IMG/VR virus record: IMGVR_UViG_3300046333_000120
Origin: a virus
Length of the DNA: 64,000 nt
Strand: one strand, 5' to 3'
The notes beneath the pieces were generated by a model. The model saw only the letters and a program-made list of their open reading frames with translations, was not told the DNA's origin and did not search any database. Both the position numbers and the translations under genes were made by a program. This document shows positions 58,707 to 64,000 of the stretch, in pieces; the first letter of the stretch is position 1; each line of letters starts with the position of its first letter.

Positions 58707-59537
58707 ATGAGCGATATAATTATAGGAAATAATGATTTATTAAATGATCCAACATGGGGAAGTGATTGTTTTAATAACTTTGTTAACGAATTAGCAGATG
58801 AAATTACAGGTTCTTGTATGATTCCAATGAATCTTCCAAGAAAGGAAGTACAAAACATAGTATTGCGTGCTAAAAAATGGTTTTATAAAAATTATGAGTA
58901 CTCTGTTAGAGAGAATTTCATGGTTTTACCTGTAGAATTATTTGACTCTACCCACTTTAAAAGCAAAAGAAGTTTTACTTTACCTAAAATGGATTCAATT
59001 ACTGGAGGAAATGAAGTTTATTCAGTGTATGGATTATTTGAAGTTGGTGCAAACTGGGGAGGATCTATGGACATTAACTTTACTCAAGGAGATTTTTCTA
59101 TTGAAAGAATGTTAATGAGTGGAATGAGTGGTGGTTCTAGAACAGCTGATGCCGCAGAAAATTTACAATATTATGTAATTAATCAAAGTTTCTTTGATCT
59201 TGCCAGACAAATTATTCAAAATCCAATAGGATATCATTATAATCAATTAACACATGAATTAAGATTTACTGGAGAAACTCCGAAGAAAAATGTTATTCTT
59301 AATGTATATGAAACTATTCCAGAATGTGCATTATTTGATGATGAAATTTTCTTTAGATATTGCGCTGCAAAAATTAAAATTTCTTTAGGACAAAAATTAT
59401 CTATTTTTGGTTTTTCTCTTCCTGGAAATATTGAAGTAAATTCGGATGCTATTAAAGGATTAGGAGAAGATGAATTAGATAAAGTAATTGAAGAAATAAA
59501 AGGTGATGAAGGCGTAGATTGGATGATGCATTCTTAA
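58707..59537 (+). CDS. Neck protein, T4 gp13-like
   Basis: FRYCAAKIK..LG..L..F...LPGNIEVN motif. Confidence 0.65.
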   Translation: MSDIIIGNNDLLNDPTWGSDCFNNFVNELADEITGSCMIPMNLPRKEVQNIVLRAKKWFYKNYEYSVRENFMVLPVELFDSTHFKSKRSFTLPKMDSITGGNEVYSVYGLFEVGANWGGSMDINFTQGDFSIERMLMSGMSGGSRTADAAENLQYYVINQSFFDLARQIIQNPIGYHYNQLTHELRFTGETPKKNVILNVYETIPECALFDDEIFFRYCAAKIKISLGQKLSIFGFSLPGNIEVNSDAIKGLGEDELDKVIEEIKGDEGVDWMMHS

Positions 59538-59553
59538 ACAAATATATAATACT

Positions 59554-59907
59554 ATGGAACTATATATAAAAACTTTAGGAGATCCTAATTATCGTGATGA
59601 TCAGATGCAATCTGACGAGGAAATCCTAATGATGTTAACTCAAATTGAAACGCTTGTATTTACAAATAAAGGCGAAGTAATGGGAGATCCGGAATTTGGA
59701 TTAAACTTAGAAGATTATGTATATTCATTCATGTATAACGATGATATGTTAAGAGGAGTAGTAAATAATGCAATAATACAGTATATTCCATTATCTTCAA
59801 AGTATCCTGTGAGTGTTACTGTAGAATATACAACACAATCAGATAGAAACGCAGTCTACATAGATATTACAATTGATAATAAATATGGAATAGGACTGTA
59901 TATATAA
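59554..59907 (+). CDS. Baseplate wedge protein gp25-like
   Basis: TNKGEVMGDPEFGLNL. Confidence 0.82.
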   Translation: MELYIKTLGDPNYRDDQMQSDEEILMMLTQIETLVFTNKGEVMGDPEFGLNLEDYVYSFMYNDDMLRGVVNNAIIQYIPLSSKYPVSVTVEYTTQSDRNAVYIDITIDNKYGIGLYI

Positions 59908-59919
59908 AATATAAAAAAG

Positions 59920-61740
59920 ATGGCAGAATTAAAATTTTTATCAACCGCTAGAATAAAAACTAGCGAAATGTTAGCAGATACTAGAACTTATATCAGTAGA
60001 TTATACGGTAGAAGCGGTGAATTATTTACAAAAGCTTCTCCATTCTCTCAAATATTGGAAGTATTAGCCGAGCTTTCCAATTTAATATTCTTTTATATAG
60101 AGGATGCCACTGTTGAACAAAACATATTAACAGCACAAAATAATGAATCAATATATGGACTTGCAAGATTAGCAGGTCATGACGCATTTCGAGGAAGTTC
60201 TGCAATTGGAGAAATAAAAATAAGATTAAATACAAGCGCATTTAATGAAATTACAGGAGATGCTATTAATATTCCAGCAAATACCATTATTAAGGCACGT
60301 AAAAATAGTCTACCATACTTATTAAAAACAAATAATGATCAGTTTAGAATTGAAAAAAGTAATCCAGAATATTTGTATATTCCAATAATACAAGGAGAAA
60401 TACAAAATCAAACAGTTACAGGAACTGGTGAAAAATTACAATCATTTAATCTTATTATTAAAAAGAATACTGATCACCATTCTGTCAAGTTAAGTGTAAA
60501 TAGTGAACCATGGACAAAATATGATTCTCTATACGATATGAAATATGGTACTAAAGGATATATTGTTAAAACAGGAATTACAGGAGGTTTAGATATTTAT
60601 TTTGGAAACGGTTCATTTGGAATGATTCCAGTTTCAGGTGCAACTATTAATGTCGAATATATGATAACCTCAGGAAGCAAAGGTAATTTAACAGGTTCTA
60701 AAGATCTTAATTTTACATTTGAAACTGAAGGATATGATTCTTTAGGAAACTCATATAACTTAAATAAATTATTGGAATCTTCATTTACAACTGCTCCTGT
60801 GATGGGAACAGATCCAGAATCAATTGAACTTACTAAATTAATAGCACCGATGCAGAGTCACTCTTTTGTTTTAGCAACACCAGAGCATTATGAAGCATTT
60901 CTTTCAAGATATGGTATGTTTTCATATTTAGATGCATATAACACAACTGAAGATGGTTATCTAGATGATGATAATGTAATATATTTATTTATGTTACCTG
61001 ATACTGCTAAAAAACTTTCTAAAAATAATGATTATTTTAATCTTAATAGAGAAGAATTTTTCTTTTCTGAAGATGAAATAAATGGAATACTATCTAATAT
61101 AGAAAAATCTGGACAACAGATGGTTACAACTGAAGTAAAGGTGGTTAATCCTAGTGTCCAACTTTTTAGAATGGATATTAAGGTTAGGTATTTCGAAGGA
61201 TATGATAAAGCAAATTTATATACGGCCATACGTTCAAAAATTTCAGACTATTTAATTAATATTACGAGAAGAGATCGTTTACCAAAATCAGATATTATTG
61301 CGTTATTAGAAGGTGTTGATGGAATAGATTCAGTGAATGTTCGATTTGTTTCTGAAGCAGAAGAAACTGCTAGAAGAAATGGATATTATACAAGTGAAAC
61401 TATCACAGTTACTCCAAGCACACCCGTACTTGAAGATATTGGTAATGGAAATTCCAAATATGTTTTTTTTAAGAGAACAGTTACAAAAACAACGGTTAAC
61501 TTCGAAAAAGGAGCTGCTCTTCCTGAAAATGTAATTAATTTAGATTCCTTTGGAGATATTCTTTTAGATAAAGAAGAAGTTGCATTATTTAGAGGTGGAT
61601 GGCAAGATAGAGGAGGAGTAACGATATTAGATGATGCGAAGATGGGAGAAATGGCTGCACTTTCAATTTATTTTGATGAACCTGCAGTTCCAAATACAAT
61701 ATTTAGTCGAGTACAATCACAAAATAGAAAAGCACTGTAA
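59920..61740 (+). CDS. Baseplate wedge protein gp6/baseplate-J-like
   Basis: SIYGLARLAG, IYFGNG.FG..P, G.DPESIE motifs. Confidence 0.8.
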   Translation: MAELKFLSTARIKTSEMLADTRTYISRLYGRSGELFTKASPFSQILEVLAELSNLIFFYIEDATVEQNILTAQNNESIYGLARLAGHDAFRGSSAIGEIKIRLNTSAFNEITGDAINIPANTIIKARKNSLPYLLKTNNDQFRIEKSNPEYLYIPIIQGEIQNQTVTGTGEKLQSFNLIIKKNTDHHSVKLSVNSEPWTKYDSLYDMKYGTKGYIVKTGITGGLDIYFGNGSFGMIPVSGATINVEYMITSGSKGNLTGSKDLNFTFETEGYDSLGNSYNLNKLLESSFTTAPVMGTDPESIELTKLIAPMQSHSFVLATPEHYEAFLSRYGMFSYLDAYNTTEDGYLDDDNVIYLFMLPDTAKKLSKNNDYFNLNREEFFFSEDEINGILSNIEKSGQQMVTTEVKVVNPSVQLFRMDIKVRYFEGYDKANLYTAIRSKISDYLINITRRDRLPKSDIIALLEGVDGIDSVNVRFVSEAEETARRNGYYTSETITVTPSTPVLEDIGNGNSKYVFFKRTVTKTTVNFEKGAALPENVINLDSFGDILLDKEEVALFRGGWQDRGGVTILDDAKMGEMAALSIYFDEPAVPNTIFSRVQSQNRKAL

Positions 61741-62009
61741 TGGATTTATTAAGTAATTTATTTAAAGTTCGTAAGGTTAAATTATATGATATTAAATTAT
61801 CAGTGATGGATGATAGAAAAAATGTTGGAAATAATTATAGATCTAATATTTTGATTAATTCAATTTCACAGTACATTCAAAGAAATGATGCAGTAAATGA
61901 TTTCGTAATTATGATACAACATGTTATCGCAGATTTCGTAGATTCAGTTACATATTTAAAATCATATAAGTCTTTTACACTTAAAAAAGGAGACAAAAAA
62001 GTTAAATAA
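61740..62009 (+). CDS. Hypothetical protein
   Basis: ORF coupled to the gp6-like gene. Confidence 0.55.
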   Translation: MDLLSNLFKVRKVKLYDIKLSVMDDRKNVGNNYRSNILINSISQYIQRNDAVNDFVIMIQHVIADFVDSVTYLKSYKSFTLKKGDKKVK

Positions 62010-62011
62010 TA

Positions 62012-64000
62012 ATGGCATATAATAAATTAAGATTCTTTGATAGTGAATCAAACGACCTAAACCTTCTATATAATTCAGAAACGAATATATGGGAAGGTAT
62101 TTGTTATTTACCAAAGGTTTCAACAGGTCTTTATGAAACTCTTACAATTTATATATTAGAGGAAGTTCAAGGTCAATTAGGAAATACTAAGTATATTACA
62201 CCAATTGCAGAAAATGCAAATCCTACTTCATTTAAATTTAAATTCTTTAATGGATACGAATTTAGTGAAGATATTTTCATGTATGGGGCTGAAAATATAG
62301 GTGGTAATTTAGAGATTAAAAAAATCGAGGAACAAAACTTTGATTTATTAGATGCAACCTTAAGTATAGGAATAAATTCAGATGGATTTAAAATAATTGG
62401 AGGAAACCTTCCATTATCGCCGATGAAATGTAACATTGCTCTTATGAGTAATATTGACAACTATCATACCAGACTTCTCGATATTACTGAAATTACAGAT
62501 GGAGTTGAAACCCTAGTGGCAACCATCAGAATTTACGGAGAAACTGAAGAAGAAGATGAAAGACTTGCAGTCCTATTATCAAACATAGGAATGACTCTTA
62601 CTCCAGAAGATTATATGATACTTAAAGATGCAGACATTAAGGAGTTATCTCCTGACTGGTTGTTAATGAATCAAAAGCGTAAAGAATTACTTTTACAAGC
62701 AAGTACTATTAAACCGTTTGTAGGAACATATAAGGCTCTATTAAATGCAATAGATTTTTTCGGTTATGACAAAATAACTCTTAAAGAATATTGGTTAAAT
62801 ATCAATGAACAGTCTGAAAATTTTGGAAAATTAAAGGCTGTTGCTATTCCAAATCAAGAGGTTACTGGATTTTTAGCAGATAAAAATAAAGGACATGAAC
62901 TTCCAAGTTCAAATCTTAAAAAGACGAGTAGGTTTTCATTAGTCTATAGATTAAATGAAACAGATGGTGGTGTAGATGAATGGGATATCCCAACAGTTAA
63001 GGAGTCTATTGACTATTCACCTGATGAAGTATTGATTAAATTATATGGATTAAAAAATAAATTACAAAAGACTTTTTTACCTTTACATGCTAAGATAGTA
63101 GATATTACAGGAGAAGGAGATTACTTCTCTCAATTTAATTTAAATACATGGAATAATCAACATTCTATAAAGGTTCAAAACGCAGGAGTCGATGTTACAT
63201 TTCATAGATTACCTGAGAAAAGACAGGTATTTATTGAAGATCTTAGAAAAGTAGATTATAGACTTACAGGAATTGATCAAGATTTTAATTCTTTAGATGA
63301 TACTGATAGAGAAGAAATAGCGCAATCAATTAATAATTTTTATAGTGATTATTATAATAATGATCTATCTACCTTTAATACATTGACTGGTATACCTGTA
63401 GGTTGTCCTATTGTATTAAGTGCAGATTCATTTATACATATGTGGGATTCAGCTGAATTCACATGGATGGATGCAAATGACACAGGTAATCATTTATTGA
63501 CATGGAACAATTGGTGGAAACAGGGAGTCTATGAAATGGAATGGATAGTAAAAGGACCTAATAATTATTTAAAAACATTTAGAGGTGGTGTAGGTTATTG
63601 GGATAATGCTGGAATATTTCATCCAGAGTATCAACAATTTCCATTAGTATTACCATTTGCTGGAATGTATTCAATAGAACTTGCACTATTTGATTTATAT
63701 AATGTAAGAAGTTCATGGAGAGAAGAGAATTATTTTGAAGTAAAAAATAAAAATGTTGAAGTATATGGATTATTTCAAAGAATGCTTCCTAAGTTAAGTT
63801 GGAATCAATATAAATATTCATATGATAATGCAGGTAGTGACTGGGATTGGGCTAGAGAAAATACAGCGAATGTAGATAGTATTATTGCAACATATTATCT
63901 AACACTGGATAGAGCAAATTATGTGCATGACAGCGATGATGGAGAGGAATTCTCAACAGTTAGAAGATACTTAGATAGTACTACTCCAACTGGATTTAAT
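62012..64000 (+). CDS. Large baseplate wedge protein (gp7-like), 3' truncated by the window; not in ORF track
   Basis: ATG at 62012, frame read as open to the window end; KPFVGTYKALLNAIDFFGY motif. Confidence 0.6.
   Translation, partial: MAYNKLRFFDSESNDLNLLYNSETNIWEGICYLPKVSTGLYETLTIYILEEVQGQLGNTKYITPIAENANPTSFKFKFFNGYEFSEDIFMYGAENIGGNLEIKKIEEQNFDLLDATLSIGINSDGFKIIGGNLPLSPMKCNIALMSNIDNYHTRLLDITEITDGVETLVATIRIYGETEEEDERLAVLLSNIGMTLTPEDYMILKDADIKELSPDWLLMNQKRKELLLQASTIKPFVGTYKALLNAIDFFGYDKITLKEYWLNINEQSENFGKLKAVAIPNQEVTGFLADKNKGHELPSSNLKKTSRFSLVYRLNETDGGVDEWDIPTVKESIDYSPDEVLIKLYGLKNKLQKTFLPLHAKIVDITGEGDYFSQFNLNTWNNQHSIKVQNAGVDVTFHRLPEKRQVFIEDLRKVDYRLTGIDQDFNSLDDTDREEIAQSINNFYSDYYNNDLSTFNTLTGIPVGCPIVLSADSFIHMWDSAEFTWMDANDTGNHLLTWNNWWKQGVYEMEWIVKGPNNYLKTFRGGVGYWDNAGIFHPEYQQFPLVLPFAGMYSIELALFDLYNVRSSWREENYFEVKNKNVEVYGLFQRMLPKLSWNQYKYSYDNAGSDWDWARENTANVDSIIATYYLTLDRANYVHDSDDGEEFSTVRRYLDSTTPTGFN

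Noticed and set aside
1-64000. Stop-codon reassignment; tRNA or rRNA genes
   Set aside because: Coding density is high with the standard code and TAG/TGA end genes at sensible places; no cloverleaf or rRNA motifs were recognised by eye (tRNAscan not run)

Overview
A 64-kb segment of a very AT-rich, large myovirus-type (T4-like baseplate) phage genome using the standard genetic code. The host is probably Bacteroidota: the phage encodes a Bacteroidota-type bS21, has TAnnTTT(A/G) promoters, and its A-rich leaders lack Shine-Dalgarno sites. Contents in order: a collagen-like fibre gene with glycosyltransferases; a run of proteins sharing an N-terminal MKxIKLFEEF.NE tag, including an Acb1-like 2H phosphoesterase; a ~6-kb divergent early-gene cassette (RadA/Sms-like, DUF932-like, mini-HTH) bracketed by two repeat- and palindrome-rich non-coding blocks; a ClpC lacking its N-domain, ClpP and a thymidylate-synthase-fold enzyme; more fibre and glycosyltransferase genes; DnaJ, bS21 and PhoH with a GIY-YIG homing endonuclease; RNase HII, UvsE and dCMP deaminase; then baseplate and neck genes with bS1 and an amidoligase interspersed. 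The best candidate for a novel system is a phage ClpCP protease plus four small proteins ending in a UVR-like motif (putative adaptors) that sit under three different promoter classes. Second is a set of putative capsid-targeted (injected) cargo proteins that includes an anti-CBASS-like nuclease. All calls come from reading motifs by eye; no database searches were run.
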